The position numbers and the translations under genes were made by a program. Source: Candidatus Tepidifontimicrobium thermophilum (GTDB lineage Bacteria; Sysuimicrobiota; Sysuimicrobiia; Sysuimicrobiales; Sysuimicrobiaceae). From it: 64,000 nucleotides of DNA. The stretch is taken from assembly GCA_031459915.1 (NCBI GenBank), contig JAVKHO010000010.1:1-64000 (forward strand), written 5' to 3'. Position 1 is the first letter of the stretch. Each line of letters opens with the position of its first letter. Of the stretch, positions 9,770 to 20,443 are shown piece after piece. Under the pieces are notes generated by a model. That model saw only the letters and a program-made list of their open reading frames with translations, was not told where the DNA came from and made no database searches.

Positions 9770-11100
9770 TCCCGCGGTACACCACCCCGGAGATGGCGGA
9801 GCTGTGGAGCGAGCGCAGCAAGCTGGCCGCCTGGCTGGAGGTGGAGCTGCTGGCCGCAGAGGCCCAGGCCCAGCTGGGCCTGGTGCCTGTGGAAGCCGTG
9901 CGGAGGATGCGGGAGCGCGCCAGGGTCCCAGACCCCGACCGGGTCCGGGAGGTGGAGGAACGCGAGACCCACCACGACGTGGTGGCGTTCCTGCGGGTGG
10001 TCTCGGAGGAGCTGGGGGAGGACGCCCGCTACCTGCACCGGGGCCTGGGCTCCTCGGACGTGGTGGACACCGCCACCGCGGTGCTCCTCGTGCGGGCCGC
10101 GGACCTGTTGGTGGAGGAGCTGGACCGGCTGCTGGGAGCCCTGCGGGAGCTGGCAGACCGCCACCGCTACACCCTGATGGCCGGCCGCACTCACGGGGTC
10201 CAGGCAGAACCCATCACCTTCGGGTGCAAGGTGGCCACGTGGATCGCGGAGCTGGAGCGAGGACGGCAGCGCCTGCAGCAGGCGCGTGAGGCCGTGCGGG
10301 TCGGCAAGCTGTCGGGCGAGGTGGGCAACTACGCACACCTGCCGCCGCAGGTGGAGGCGTACGTTTGCGCCAGGCTGGGGCTCGCTGTGGACCCGGCGTC
10401 CTCGCAGGTGGTCCAGCGGGACCGGCACGCCCACTACTTGACCGCCCTCGCGGTCGTGGGCGGCAGCCTCGAGCGCATCGCCACGGAGGTGCGGTCCCTG
10501 CAGCGCACGGAGGTCCGGGAGCTGGAGGAGCCCTTCGCCGCGCGCCAGACGGGGTCTTCCGCCATGCCCCACAAGCGCAACCCTATCCTCAGCGAGCGGG
10601 TGGTGGGGCTGAGCCGGATGCTCCGGGGTTGTGCGGTGGTGGCCCTGGAAAACCAGGCCCTGTGGGGCGAGAGGGACATCACCCACTCCTCCAACGAGCG
10701 GGTCATCCTCTCGGGAGCCAGCACGTTGCTGCACTACATGCTCCGCAAGCTCCGACAGGTGGTGACGGGGCTGCGGGTGGACGCCGACCGCATGCGGCGG
10801 AACCTGGAGTCCACGGGCGGGCTCGTGTACTCCCACCGGGTGTTGCTGCGGCTGGTGGAGCTGGGGATGTCCCGACAGAGCGCCTACGCCGCTGTTCAGC
10901 GGGCTGCCGCGGCGGTGTGGGAGGACCCCGCTCCGCCCCCGGACGCCCTGGTGCGGCGGCTAGTGGAGGACCCGGCGGTGCGGGAGGTGGCGGACGAAGC
11001 GGTCCTGCGCCAGTGCCTGGACCCCGCCCCGTACTTGAAGTACGCGGACGAGATCCTGGAGCGGGTGGGCGTCCCGCGGCGGCAGGAGGTGGCGCGGTGA
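9766..11100 (+). CDS. purB: Adenylosuccinate lyase
   Basis: IPRY start, HDVVAF, GRTHG, GSSAMPHKRNPILSE; GTGA overlap with purA. Confidence 0.96.
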   Translation: MIPRYTTPEMAELWSERSKLAAWLEVELLAAEAQAQLGLVPVEAVRRMRERARVPDPDRVREVEERETHHDVVAFLRVVSEELGEDARYLHRGLGSSDVVDTATAVLLVRAADLLVEELDRLLGALRELADRHRYTLMAGRTHGVQAEPITFGCKVATWIAELERGRQRLQQAREAVRVGKLSGEVGNYAHLPPQVEAYVCARLGLAVDPASSQVVQRDRHAHYLTALAVVGGSLERIATEVRSLQRTEVRELEEPFAARQTGSSAMPHKRNPILSERVVGLSRMLRGCAVVALENQALWGERDITHSSNERVILSGASTLLHYMLRKLRQVVTGLRVDADRMRRNLESTGGLVYSHRVLLRLVELGMSRQSAYAAVQRAAAAVWEDPAPPPDALVRRLVEDPAVREVADEAVLRQCLDPAPYLKYADEILERVGVPRRQEVAR

Positions 11101-11981
11101 CCGGCACCCTTCTGGCGCTGCCCCTGTTCTGCCGCGGGAAGGTCCGCGACGTGTACGACCTGGGGGAGTACCTGCTGCTGGTAGCCACGGACCGCATCAG
11201 CGCCTTCGACGTGGTCCTGCCCACCCCCGTGCCGGACCGCGGCAAGGTCCTGACGCAGCTTTCGAGCTTCTGGTTCGAGAGGACCGGGTCCGTCGTCCCC
11301 AACCACCTGGTGACCACCGACCTGCAGGGGATCGCCCGGGCCGCGGGCCTAAAAGAATCGGAGTTGGGGTGGCTGCGGGGCCGCAGCATGCTGGTCCGCA
11401 GGGCGCAGCGGGTGGACTTCGAGTGTGTGGTCCGCGGGTACCTGGCGGGCTCCGCCTGGAAGGAGTACCGGCTGACCGGCCGGGTGTGCGGGGTGGAGCT
11501 GCCCCCGGGCCTGCAGCCCGGCGCACGGCTCCCCGAGCCCCTGTTCACGCCCGCCACCAAGAGTGCTTCGGGCCACGACGAGAACGTGACCTTCGAGTCC
11601 GTGGCGGAAGCGGTGGGGTCGGAGCTGGCAAGTCGGATGCGGGACGTGAGCCTGCGGCTGTACGGTCACATGGCCTCGCACGTGGAGCCGCGGGGCCTGT
11701 TGCTGGCGGACACCAAGTTCGAGTTCGGGCTAACTGGCGACCAGCTGGTGCTCATCGACGAGGTGGGCACCCCGGACTCCTCCCGGTACTGGGACGTGGA
11801 GGCGTACCGGCGGGGCGAACTGGAGCCCTTCGACAAGCAGCTCCTGCGGGACTACCTGGAGCGGGTGGGCTGGGACAAAACCCCGCCCGGTCCGGAGCTG
11901 CCCGCGGAACTGGTGGCGGAGCTGCGGGCCCGGTACCTGGAGGCGTTCCGGCGGATCACAGGGCGCGAGGTGGAGCTGTGA
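11097..11981 (+). CDS. purC: SAICAR synthetase
   Basis: GKVRDVY, ATDRISAFD, DTKFEFG, TPDSSRYW, FDKQ. Confidence 0.96.
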   Translation: MTGTLLALPLFCRGKVRDVYDLGEYLLLVATDRISAFDVVLPTPVPDRGKVLTQLSSFWFERTGSVVPNHLVTTDLQGIARAAGLKESELGWLRGRSMLVRRAQRVDFECVVRGYLAGSAWKEYRLTGRVCGVELPPGLQPGARLPEPLFTPATKSASGHDENVTFESVAEAVGSELASRMRDVSLRLYGHMASHVEPRGLLLADTKFEFGLTGDQLVLIDEVGTPDSSRYWDVEAYRRGELEPFDKQLLRDYLERVGWDKTPPGPELPAELVAELRARYLEAFRRITGREVEL

Positions 11982-12229
11982 ACAAGCGCGTGCGGGTGGT
12001 GGTGTTCCTCAAGCCGGGTGTGCTGGACGCGCAGGGACAGGCGGTCCAGACGGGACTGCGGGCGCTGGGCCTGGAAGCGTCCGAGGTGAGGGTGGGCAAG
12101 GCGTTCGAGCTGACGGTGCCCGAGGACCGGTGGCGGGAGCGGGTCCGGGAGCTGTGCGAGCGGTTCCTCACCAACCCGCTCATCGAGGACTACGAGATCT
12201 ACGAGCGGGAGGAGGTCGCGGCGCGGTGA
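11978..12229 (+). CDS. purS: FGAM synthase subunit PurS
   Basis: LKPGVLDAQG, VRVGK, LTNPLIEDY. Confidence 0.93.
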   Translation: MNKRVRVVVFLKPGVLDAQGQAVQTGLRALGLEASEVRVGKAFELTVPEDRWRERVRELCERFLTNPLIEDYEIYEREEVAAR

Positions 12230-13008
12230 GCACGGGCGCCTTCCTGGAATCGGACCGGCCGCGGAGCGGACTTCCGACCCCGGACCCGCGGTTCGCGGTG
12301 GTGGTGTTCCCCGGGTCCAACTGTGACCGGGACTGCCTGCACGTGCTGCGGGGCGTACTGGGATACCGTGCGGAGTTCGTGTGGCACGAGGAGGAGGATC
12401 TCGAGGGTTTCGACGCGGTGGTGCTGCCCGGGGGGTTCTCCTACGGGGACTACCTGCGGCCCGGCGCGGTGGCCGCCACCAGCCCGGTGGTGCGGGCGGT
12501 CCGGCGGTTTGCGGAGGCCGGCGGACTGGTGGTGGGGATCTGCAACGGGTTCCAGGTCCTGCTGGAGGCCGGGCTGCTGCCCGGCGCCCTGGTGCGGAAC
12601 CGGGGGGCCACGTTCCGGTGCGAGTGGGTGCACCTGAGGGTGGAGCGGGCCGACACGCCCTTCACCGCTCTGTACGCTCCGGGGGAGGTGGTGCGCATGC
12701 CCATCGCCCACGGGGACGGCCGGTACCACGCGCCGCCGGGGATGTTGGAGGAGGTGGAGCAGCGCGGCCAGGTGGTGTTCCGGTACGTGGGCCGGGACGG
12801 CCGCACCACGCCGGACGCCAACCCCAACGGCTCCCTGCACCACATCGCGGGCCTCGTAAACCGCGAGGGCAACGTCCTGGGCCTCATGCCGCACCCGGAG
12901 CGGTGCTCGGAGCCCGTGTTGGGCGGGCAGGACGGCAGGCGGCTGTTCGAGAGCATGGACCGGTGGCTGCGGGAGCGGGCACGGTTGGCCGCGGGGAGGA
13001 CGCGATGA
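12226..13008 (+). CDS. purQ: FGAM synthase glutaminase subunit PurQ
   Basis: [31 protein letters not shown]. Confidence 0.96.
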   Translation: MSTGAFLESDRPRSGLPTPDPRFAVVVFPGSNCDRDCLHVLRGVLGYRAEFVWHEEEDLEGFDAVVLPGGFSYGDYLRPGAVAATSPVVRAVRRFAEAGGLVVGICNGFQVLLEAGLLPGALVRNRGATFRCEWVHLRVERADTPFTALYAPGEVVRMPIAHGDGRYHAPPGMLEEVEQRGQVVFRYVGRDGRTTPDANPNGSLHHIAGLVNREGNVLGLMPHPERCSEPVLGGQDGRRLFESMDRWLRERARLAAGRTR

Positions 13009-15206
13009 CGGCGGTAACCCAGATTCCCGAGTGGGAGGCCGCGGGGCTGCGGCGGGAGGAGTACGAGCGCGTCTGCGCGCTCCTCGGCCGCCGGCCGAAC
13101 CCCACGGAGCTGCGCATGTTCGGGGTCATGTGGTCCGAGCACTGCGCGTACAAGCACTCCCGCCCCTACCTCAAGCGCCTGCCCGCCGCAGGTCCCGGGG
13201 TGCTGCGCGGCCCCGGGGAGAACGCGGGGGTGGTGGAGGTGGCGCCGGGCCTGGCTGCGGCCCTGAAGGTGGAAAGCCACAACCACCCCAGCGCGGTAGA
13301 CCCCTTCCACGGCGCGGCCACGGGCGTGGGCGGGATCCTGCGGGACGTGCTGAGCATGGGAGCTCGTCCGGTGGCACTGCTGGACAGCCTGCGGTTCGGG
13401 CCGCCCGAGGACCCGCAGTCCCGCCGGCTGCGGGACGGGGTGGTGGCGGGGATCAGCCACTACGGGAACTCCGTGGGCGTGCCCGTGGTGGGTGGGGAGG
13501 TGCTGTACGAGGACTGCTACCGGGCCAACCCGCTGGTGAACGTGGCGTGCGTGGGGTTGTTGCCCGCCTCCCGGGTGTTGGGATCTGCGGCCGTGGGGCC
13601 AGGAAACCCCGTGGTGTACGCGGGCGCCCGCACGGGCCGGGACGGGATCGGGGGCGCGGCGTTCGCCTCCGAACAGCTGGAGGAGACCTCCGAGGAGTCC
13701 GACCGCAGCGCCGTGCAGATCGGGGACCCCTTTGCCGGCAAGCTGCTCATCGAGGCCACCCTGGAAGCGCTGGAGACCGGCGCGGTGGTGGCGCTGCAGG
13801 ACATGGGAGCCGCAGGGATCACGTGCGCGGCCGCGGAGATGAGCGCCCGCGGCGGCGTGGGGATGGTCCTGCACCTGGACCGGGTGCCGCGCCGGGAGCG
13901 TGGGATGACGCCGGTGGAAGTACTCCTGTCAGAGTCCCAGGAGCGGATGCTGCTGGTGGTGGAGCGGGGCCGGGAGGGGGAGGTCCTGCGGGCGTACCGG
14001 CGGTGGGGACTGCACGCGGAGGTGGTGGGGCAGGTGACCGCCGACCCCGTGCTCCGCGTGTACGACGGCTCCACCCTGGTGGTGGAGCTGCCGCCGGTTG
14101 CCCTGACGGACGCGCCCACCTACCGGGTGCCAGAAGAGGAGCCCCAGGCGCGGCGGGCGTTGAGGGAGGTCGACCTCAGCGGCCTGCCCGAACCGGACCC
14201 CGCACAGGCCCTGCTGCGGCTGCTGCAGTCGCCCTCCGTGGTCAGCAAGCGTCCCATCTACACCCAGTACGACCACATGGTGCAGCTCCGCACGGTCCTG
14301 CCACCGGGTGGGGACGCCGCGGTGCTGCGCCTTTTGGAAGCCCCTCCCCGGGGGATCGCCCTGAGCGTGGACGGGAGTGGCCGCATCTCCTACCTGGACC
14401 CCTGGGCGGGCGGGGCGGCTGCGGTGTGCGAGGCCACCCTGAACGTGGCGTGTGTGGGCGCAAAGCCCGTGGCCATCACCGACGGACTGAACCTGGGCAA
14501 CCCCGAGCGGCCCGAGGTGGCGTGGGAGCTGGCCGGGGTGGTGGACGGGATCGCGGAGGCCTGCCGGGTCCTGCAAGTGCCCGTGGTGGGCGGGAACGTG
14601 AGCCTTTACAACGAGTCCGAGCGCGGCGCGGTCTACCCGACTCCGGTGGTGGTGTGCCTGGGCGTGATGGAGGACGTGACCCGGACCGTGGGCACGGGCT
14701 TCGCGGCCGCGGGGGACGTGGTGGCGCTGGTGGGCTCGGACCGCGTGTCTCTGGGCGGCAGCGAGTACCTGCGGGTGGTGCACGGGAAGGTGGCGGGCAC
14801 GCCGGTGCGCCCGGACCTGGTCCTGCACCGGCGGCTGCTGGACGTGCTGGCGCGCGCCGCGGAGGGGGGGATGCTGCGGTCCAGCCACGACATCAGCGAA
14901 GGCGGGCTCGCGGTGGCCCTGGCCGAGGCGTGCGTGGCCGGCGGGATCGGCGCGCGGTGCACCCTCAGCCCCGAGTTCTTCGGGACTCGAGCGGACCTAG
15001 CCCTGTTCGGGGAGGGACCGTCGCGGGTCCTGGTGTCGGTGCCGCCCGAGCGGTACGAGGCGTTCGCGGAGCTGTGCGCGCGGGCCGGCGTCCCCCTCCG
15101 CCTGCTGGGCTACGTGGGCGGAGACCAGCTGCAGCTGCGGCTGCCGGACGGTGAGGTGATCGTTCCCGTGGCGGAGCTCCGGTCCGCGTGGGAGGCGTAC
15201 CGATGA
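13005..15206 (+). CDS. purL: FGAM synthase subunit PurL (small type)
   Basis: [39 protein letters not shown]. Confidence 0.96.
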   Translation: MTAVTQIPEWEAAGLRREEYERVCALLGRRPNPTELRMFGVMWSEHCAYKHSRPYLKRLPAAGPGVLRGPGENAGVVEVAPGLAAALKVESHNHPSAVDPFHGAATGVGGILRDVLSMGARPVALLDSLRFGPPEDPQSRRLRDGVVAGISHYGNSVGVPVVGGEVLYEDCYRANPLVNVACVGLLPASRVLGSAAVGPGNPVVYAGARTGRDGIGGAAFASEQLEETSEESDRSAVQIGDPFAGKLLIEATLEALETGAVVALQDMGAAGITCAAAEMSARGGVGMVLHLDRVPRRERGMTPVEVLLSESQERMLLVVERGREGEVLRAYRRWGLHAEVVGQVTADPVLRVYDGSTLVVELPPVALTDAPTYRVPEEEPQARRALREVDLSGLPEPDPAQALLRLLQSPSVVSKRPIYTQYDHMVQLRTVLPPGGDAAVLRLLEAPPRGIALSVDGSGRISYLDPWAGGAAAVCEATLNVACVGAKPVAITDGLNLGNPERPEVAWELAGVVDGIAEACRVLQVPVVGGNVSLYNESERGAVYPTPVVVCLGVMEDVTRTVGTGFAAAGDVVALVGSDRVSLGGSEYLRVVHGKVAGTPVRPDLVLHRRLLDVLARAAEGGMLRSSHDISEGGLAVALAEACVAGGIGARCTLSPEFFGTRADLALFGEGPSRVLVSVPPERYEAFAELCARAGVPLRLLGYVGGDQLQLRLPDGEVIVPVAELRSAWEAYR

Positions 15207-16618
15207 CGGATCCCTGGCGCGAGGGCCCTCGGGAGGAGTGCGGGGTGTTCGGCGTCATCTGGCCTGGTCAGGTGGTGGCCCCGCTGGTGTACCTGGGGCT
15301 GCTGGCGCTGCAGCACCGGGGGCAGGAGAGCGCCGGGATCGCCACCTGGAGCGAGGCGGGCCTGCACCTGCACAAGGGGATGGGCCTGGTGAGCCGGGTG
15401 TTCGACGACCGGCTTTCCGCGCTGCTCGGTAGCGTGGGGATCGGCCACGTGCGGTACTCCACCATGGGGTCCGCGGTGCTGGAGAACGCCCAACCGGTGG
15501 CCGTTCCGTCCCCGTGGGGCACGATGGCGGTGGCCCACAACGGGAACCTCACGAACGCCCCGCAGCTGCGGGAGGAACTCCAGCGTCGCGGGGTACGCTT
15601 CCGGGGCACCTCCGACACCGAGGTGCTGGCGTGGTGCGTGGCCACCAGCTCCCGGCGCACGCCGGAGTCGGCCATCCGGGCGGCCATGGAGCGTCTGGAG
15701 GGTGCGTACACCGTGGTGGCCCTGATCGATGGGGCCCTGTTCGCCTTCCGGGATCCCTTCGCCATCCGGCCCCTGGTCCTCGGGCGCCTCGGGGAAGGGT
15801 GGGTGGTGGCCTCCGAGACGTGCGCGTTTGACCAGATCGGCGCGGCCTTCGTGCGGGACGTCCTGCCGGGGGAGCTGGTGGTGGTCCGCGGCGGCCAGCT
15901 CCACGGGGAGGTGGTGCTGCCCTCTCCCAGGCGGGCGCACTGCGTGTTCGAGTACATCTACTTCGCACGGCCGGACACCAACCTGGTCGGCCGGAATGTG
16001 CACACGGTCCGGCGTGCCATGGGGCGGGTGCTGGCGCGGGAGCATCCCGCAGACGCGGACCTGGTGGTGCCCGTGCCGGACTCCGGCACGTCCGCGGCGC
16101 TGGGGTTTGCGGAGCAGAGCGGCCTGCGGTTCGAGCTGGCCCTGGTGAAGAACCGGTACGTGGGCCGCACCTTCATCGAGCCGGACCCGCAGCGCCGGGA
16201 CCTGGGCGTGCGGGTGAAGCTGAACCCCGTGCGGGAGCTGGTGGCCGGCCAGCGGGTGGTGCTGGTGGACGACAGCATCGTCCGGGGGACCACCAGCGGC
16301 AAGATCGTACAGGTGCTGCGGGAGGCCGGAGCGCGGGAGGTGCACGTCCGTATCTCGTCCCCGCCCATCCGGTGGCCGTGCTTCTACGGGGTGGACACCA
16401 GCAGCCGCCGCCAGCTGGTGGCCGCAGAGCTGGACGTGGAGCAGATCCGCCAGCGCATCGGCGCGGACTCCCTGGGCTATTTGAGTCAGGAGGGTCTGGT
16501 GGAGGCTATCGGACTCAGCCGGGCGGAGCTGTGCATGGCGTGCCTGGACGGGCGGTACCCCACCGGGCAGCCCCAGGAGGAGCTGGCCGGCCGGATGGCC
16601 CTGGAGGTGGCGCGCTGA
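15203..16618 (+). CDS. purF: Amidophosphoribosyltransferase (propeptide, Fe-S type)
   Basis: [27 protein letters not shown], Cys ligands HCVFE / PCFYG / LCMAC. Confidence 0.96.
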   Translation: MTDPWREGPREECGVFGVIWPGQVVAPLVYLGLLALQHRGQESAGIATWSEAGLHLHKGMGLVSRVFDDRLSALLGSVGIGHVRYSTMGSAVLENAQPVAVPSPWGTMAVAHNGNLTNAPQLREELQRRGVRFRGTSDTEVLAWCVATSSRRTPESAIRAAMERLEGAYTVVALIDGALFAFRDPFAIRPLVLGRLGEGWVVASETCAFDQIGAAFVRDVLPGELVVVRGGQLHGEVVLPSPRRAHCVFEYIYFARPDTNLVGRNVHTVRRAMGRVLAREHPADADLVVPVPDSGTSAALGFAEQSGLRFELALVKNRYVGRTFIEPDPQRRDLGVRVKLNPVRELVAGQRVVLVDDSIVRGTTSGKIVQVLREAGAREVHVRISSPPIRWPCFYGVDTSSRRQLVAAELDVEQIRQRIGADSLGYLSQEGLVEAIGLSRAELCMACLDGRYPTGQPQEELAGRMALEVAR

Positions 16619-17658
16619 GCCGCACCCTCACGTACCGCGACGCCGGTGTGGACCCGGAGGCCGCCGAAGCGGTCCTTCGCCGGCTGACCCCCAGGATGCA
16701 GTCCACCTTTACCCCTCACGTGGTGGGTGGGCCTGGCCTGTTCGGCGGTATGGTGCGGGTGCCTGGGGGCGGCGAGCCGGTGCTGGTGGCTTCCGTGGAC
16801 GGAGTGGGTACCAAGACGTTGCTGGCCCGCCGCCCCGAGGACTTCCGGACTCTGGGGCACGACGTGGTGGCCCACGGGCTTAATGACGTGGCCGTGCACG
16901 GCGCAAGACCCCTGTTCTTCCTGGACTACGTGGCCGCGGGCCGCCTGAGGCCGGAAGCCCTGCAGGCGGTGCTGGAGGGGGTGCTGGACGCGTGCGCCCG
17001 GTACGGGGTGGCCCTGGTGGGCGGGGAGACTGCGGAGATGCCGGGGGTCTACGCGGAGGGCGCGTGGGACGTGGTGGGTTGCGCGGTGGGGGTGGTGGAG
17101 GCGGCGGACCTGGTGGACGGGAGCTCCGTCCGGCCCGGCGACGTGCTCCTGGGCCTGGCCTCCGACGGCCTGCACACGAACGGGTACAGCCTTGCCAGGG
17201 CCGTTCTGGTGCGGGAAGTGGGGGACCTGGACCGCTACGAGCCGGACCTGGGCTGCACCCGGGCCGACGCGCTTTTGCGGCCCCACCGCTGTTACGCAGC
17301 CAGCCTGCTGCGGCTGCTGGAGGAGGTGGGCGGCCAGGTGACGGCCATGGCGCACGTGACCGGGGGCGGGATCCCGGGGAACCTGGCGCGGGTCCTGCCG
17401 GAGGGCTGTGGTGCGGAGGTCCGGGTGACCTGGGAAGTCCCCGCGGTGTTCCGGCTGGTGGCCCGCGAGGGGCCTGTGGACGAGCGGGAGATGTTCCGGG
17501 TTTTCAACATGGGCGTGGGCCTGGTGGTGGTGGTACGGCCGGAGGCCGCGGCCCGGGCGGAGGAGGTCCTGCGGGCCTGCGGGGAGACGGTGTACCGCGC
17601 AGGCGAGGTCGTAGAGGGCCCGCGGAACGTACGGGTGGTCGTGGAGGAGCGGCCGTGA
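16615..17658 (+). CDS. purM: AIR synthetase (probable CTG start)
   Basis: LTYRDAGVD, DGVGTK, GGETAEMPG, GLHTNGYSL, HVTGGG, FNMGVG. Confidence 0.94.
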   Translation: MSRTLTYRDAGVDPEAAEAVLRRLTPRMQSTFTPHVVGGPGLFGGMVRVPGGGEPVLVASVDGVGTKTLLARRPEDFRTLGHDVVAHGLNDVAVHGARPLFFLDYVAAGRLRPEALQAVLEGVLDACARYGVALVGGETAEMPGVYAEGAWDVVGCAVGVVEAADLVDGSSVRPGDVLLGLASDGLHTNGYSLARAVLVREVGDLDRYEPDLGCTRADALLRPHRCYAASLLRLLEEVGGQVTAMAHVTGGGIPGNLARVLPEGCGAEVRVTWEVPAVFRLVAREGPVDEREMFRVFNMGVGLVVVVRPEAAARAEEVLRACGETVYRAGEVVEGPRNVRVVVEERP

Positions 17659-18287
17659 GAGGGGCGCGCGCGCGGCTGGCGGTCCTGGTGTCTGGCCGGG
17701 GCACTAACCTGCAGGCGATCCTGGACGCCACACGGGCTCCGGAATACCCCGCAGAGGTGGTGGTGGTGGTCTCCGACAGGCCAGGCGCGTACGCGCTGGA
17801 GCGGGCCCGGCAGGCAGGGGTCCCCGCGTACGTGGTGCCCTGGCGTCGGGACCCGGCCGACTTCGGCCGGCGGCTGGCAGAAGTGCTGGACGCCCACCAG
17901 GCGCAGTGGGTGTGCCTGGCGGGCTTTCTGCGGATCCTTCCCCCGGAGTTCGTGCAGCGGTACCGGGGCCGCATCCTCAACATCCACCCTTCCCTGCTGC
18001 CGGCCTTCGGCGGCAGAGGGATGTACGGGGAGCGGGTGCACCAGGCGGTGCTGGCCTCCGGTGCGGTGGAGAGCGGTTGCACGGTGCACTTCGTCACCGA
18101 GGACGTGGACGCGGGGCCGGTGGTGGCCCAGGCCCGGGTGCCCGTGCTGCCGGACGACACGGTGGAAACCCTGGCCGCCCGTGTGGCGGAGCAGGAACAC
18201 CGGCTGTACCCGGAGGCCATCCGCCGGGTGGTCACCGGGCAGGTACGGTTCGACGACCTCGTGGCCGCGGAGCAGCTGGCCCGGTAA
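17655..18287 (+). CDS. purN: GAR transformylase
   Basis: SGRGTNLQA, LNIHPSLLPAFGG, GCTVHFV, DAGP. Confidence 0.96.
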   Translation: MRGARARLAVLVSGRGTNLQAILDATRAPEYPAEVVVVVSDRPGAYALERARQAGVPAYVVPWRRDPADFGRRLAEVLDAHQAQWVCLAGFLRILPPEFVQRYRGRILNIHPSLLPAFGGRGMYGERVHQAVLASGAVESGCTVHFVTEDVDAGPVVAQARVPVLPDDTVETLAARVAEQEHRLYPEAIRRVVTGQVRFDDLVAAEQLAR

Positions 18288-18298
18288 AGGAGGGAGCG

Positions 18299-19822
18299 GT
18301 GGCGCGCAGGGCGATCCTCAGCGTGACGGACAAGACGGGCATCGTGGAGTTCGCCGCGGGCCTTCGGGAACTCGGATGGGAGCTGGTGTCCACGGGCGGC
18401 ACCGCGCGGGCGCTGGCGGAAGCAGGCCTGCCGGTGATCCCGGTTCAGGAGCTCACCGGGTTCCCGGAGCTCCTGGCCGGCCGAGTGAAGACCCTGCACC
18501 CTGCGGTACACGCCGCGGTCCTGGCACGGCCGCAGCCGGAGGACCTGCGGGAGCTCGGGCGTTTCGGGATCGAGCCCGTGGACCTGGTGGCGTGCAACCT
18601 GTACCGGTTCGAACAGGCCGCCCGTGGTGACCTTGACTGGGACGAGCTGGTGGAGCACGTGGACATCGGGGGGGTCACCCTGATCCGCGCGGCGGCCAAG
18701 AACGCCGCGCGGGTAACGGTGCTCACCGACCCTGGCCAGTACCCGGAGGCCCTGGCGCTGCTGCGGGCGCGGGGGGAGGTGCCCCTGGAGGTCCGCCGGC
18801 GCTGGGCGGCCCAGGCCTTCCTGCACACCGCGTACTACGACGCCGTCATCGCTCAGGTGCTCGCCTCGCGGGCCGGCGTGGAGCCCTTTGGCGACCGGAT
18901 GGTCCGGGCGTGGCGTAAGGTCCGGGACCTGCGGTACGGGGAGAATCCCCACCAGCGCGCCGCGGTGTACCGCGAACCCCTCGCCGCAGCGGACAGCCTG
19001 GCCGCCTGCGAGCCCCTGGGCGGGAAGGAGCTTTCGTACAACAACCTGCTGGACGCCGGCGCGGCCTGGGCTTTAGCGTGCGAGTTCGCCGAGCCCGCGG
19101 CGGTGGTGGTCAAGCACACCAACCCCTGCGGGTGTGCGGCGGCGGCGACCCTGGGGGAGGCCGTGGAAGGGGCGCTGCGCGGGGACCCGGTCTCCGCCTT
19201 CGGGGGGATCGTGGCGACCAACCGGCCGGTGGACCGGGACTCCGCCGCGCGGCTGCAGGATGTGTTCCTGGAGGTGGTGGTAGCGCCCGGGTTCGAGCCG
19301 GAGGCGCTGGAGGTACTGCGCCGGAAGCGCAACCTGCGGCTGCTGACCGCGGAGCCTGGGGGGCCGGGCCCGGAGATCCGCACCGTTCCCGGAGGGGTGC
19401 TGGTACAGGAGCCCGACCGGGTGACGTGGGATCCCCAGCAGCTCCGGGTGGTGACCACACGACATCCCACCGAAGAGGAGTGGCGGGACCTCGCGTTCGC
19501 CTGGACGGTGTGCAAGCACACCAAGTCCAACGCCATCGTCCTGGCCCGGGGCAGGGAGGTGGTGGGGGTCGGGGCGGGCCAGATGAGCCGGGTAGACAGC
19601 GTGCGCATGGCGGTGTGGAAGGCGAAGGACCGAGCGCGGGGAGCAGTGCTGGCCTCCGACGCCTTCTTCCCTTTCCCCGACGGGGTGGAGGAGGCCGCGC
19701 GGGCGGGGGTGGTGGCCATCGTGCAGCCCGGGGGCTCGGTCCGGGACCCGGAGGTGGTGGCGGCCGCGGAGCGGGCAGGCTGCGCCATGGTCTTCACGGG
19801 CGTCCGCCACTTCCGGCACTAG
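18299..19822 (+). CDS. purH: Bifunctional AICAR transformylase/IMP cyclohydrolase
   Basis: GRVKTLHP, DIGG, LRYGENPHQ, KHTNPCG, SDAFFPF, RHFRH. Confidence 0.97.
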   Translation: MARRAILSVTDKTGIVEFAAGLRELGWELVSTGGTARALAEAGLPVIPVQELTGFPELLAGRVKTLHPAVHAAVLARPQPEDLRELGRFGIEPVDLVACNLYRFEQAARGDLDWDELVEHVDIGGVTLIRAAAKNAARVTVLTDPGQYPEALALLRARGEVPLEVRRRWAAQAFLHTAYYDAVIAQVLASRAGVEPFGDRMVRAWRKVRDLRYGENPHQRAAVYREPLAAADSLAACEPLGGKELSYNNLLDAGAAWALACEFAEPAAVVVKHTNPCGCAAAATLGEAVEGALRGDPVSAFGGIVATNRPVDRDSAARLQDVFLEVVVAPGFEPEALEVLRRKRNLRLLTAEPGGPGPEIRTVPGGVLVQEPDRVTWDPQQLRVVTTRHPTEEEWRDLAFAWTVCKHTKSNAIVLARGREVVGVGAGQMSRVDSVRMAVWKAKDRARGAVLASDAFFPFPDGVEEAARAGVVAIVQPGGSVRDPEVVAAAERAGCAMVFTGVRHFRH

Positions 19823-19872
19823 GCGGGCTGCGGTACGATCCAGTATCGGTGGGCCGGGAAGGAGTGAGGCTC

Positions 19873-20439
19873 GTGGCGCACGTGTTGCCGTTCGACGGGC
19901 AGTCCACCTACGAGCTGGAGATCGCGGGGGCGCGGCGGCAGCTCCCCCTGATCCAGGTGGCGCCGGACACGTGGATCGCGTACTACTACAGCCTGGGCGA
20001 CACCGAGGTCATCGACCGCGCGGCCCGGATCCTCAGCGAGCGGATGGCCGGGTGCGAGCTGTTCGTGACCACGGAGACGAAGGGGATCCCGCTGGCCCAC
20101 GCCATCGCCACCTACCTGGGCCTGCGGCCCTACGTGGTCTGCCGGAAGGAGATCCGGCCCTTCATGCTGAGCCCGCTGTCGGTGCGCTACAAGCCCATCA
20201 CCGCCAAGACCGAGCAGGAGCTGTTCCTGGACGGCCGGGACGCCCTGAAGCTGCGCGGCCGGGCGGTGGGGCTGGTGGACGACATCGTGAGCACGGGGGA
20301 GACCCTGCAGGCCATGGCGGAGCTCGTGGAACGCGCGGGCGGCCGGGTGGTGGCCAAGGCGGCGCTGCTCCTGGAGGGGCAGGAGTGGCCTGACGTGCAC
20401 CACATGGGGATCCTGCCCGTCTTCAAGAGCTCAGGGTAG
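19873..20439 (+). CDS. Type I purine phosphoribosyltransferase (Thermus-type APRT family)
   Basis: YELEIAGARRQLPL, TETKGIPLAH, PRPP-binding loop LVDDIVSTGET. Confidence 0.82.
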   Translation: MAHVLPFDGQSTYELEIAGARRQLPLIQVAPDTWIAYYYSLGDTEVIDRAARILSERMAGCELFVTTETKGIPLAHAIATYLGLRPYVVCRKEIRPFMLSPLSVRYKPITAKTEQELFLDGRDALKLRGRAVGLVDDIVSTGETLQAMAELVERAGGRVVAKAALLLEGQEWPDVHHMGILPVFKSSG

Positions 20440-20443
20440 GCCC

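Noticed and set aside
19873..20439. PRTase as PurR repressor
   Set aside because: Resembles the PurR PRT domain (TKGIPLA) but has no N-terminal HTH; fits the APRT-like family.
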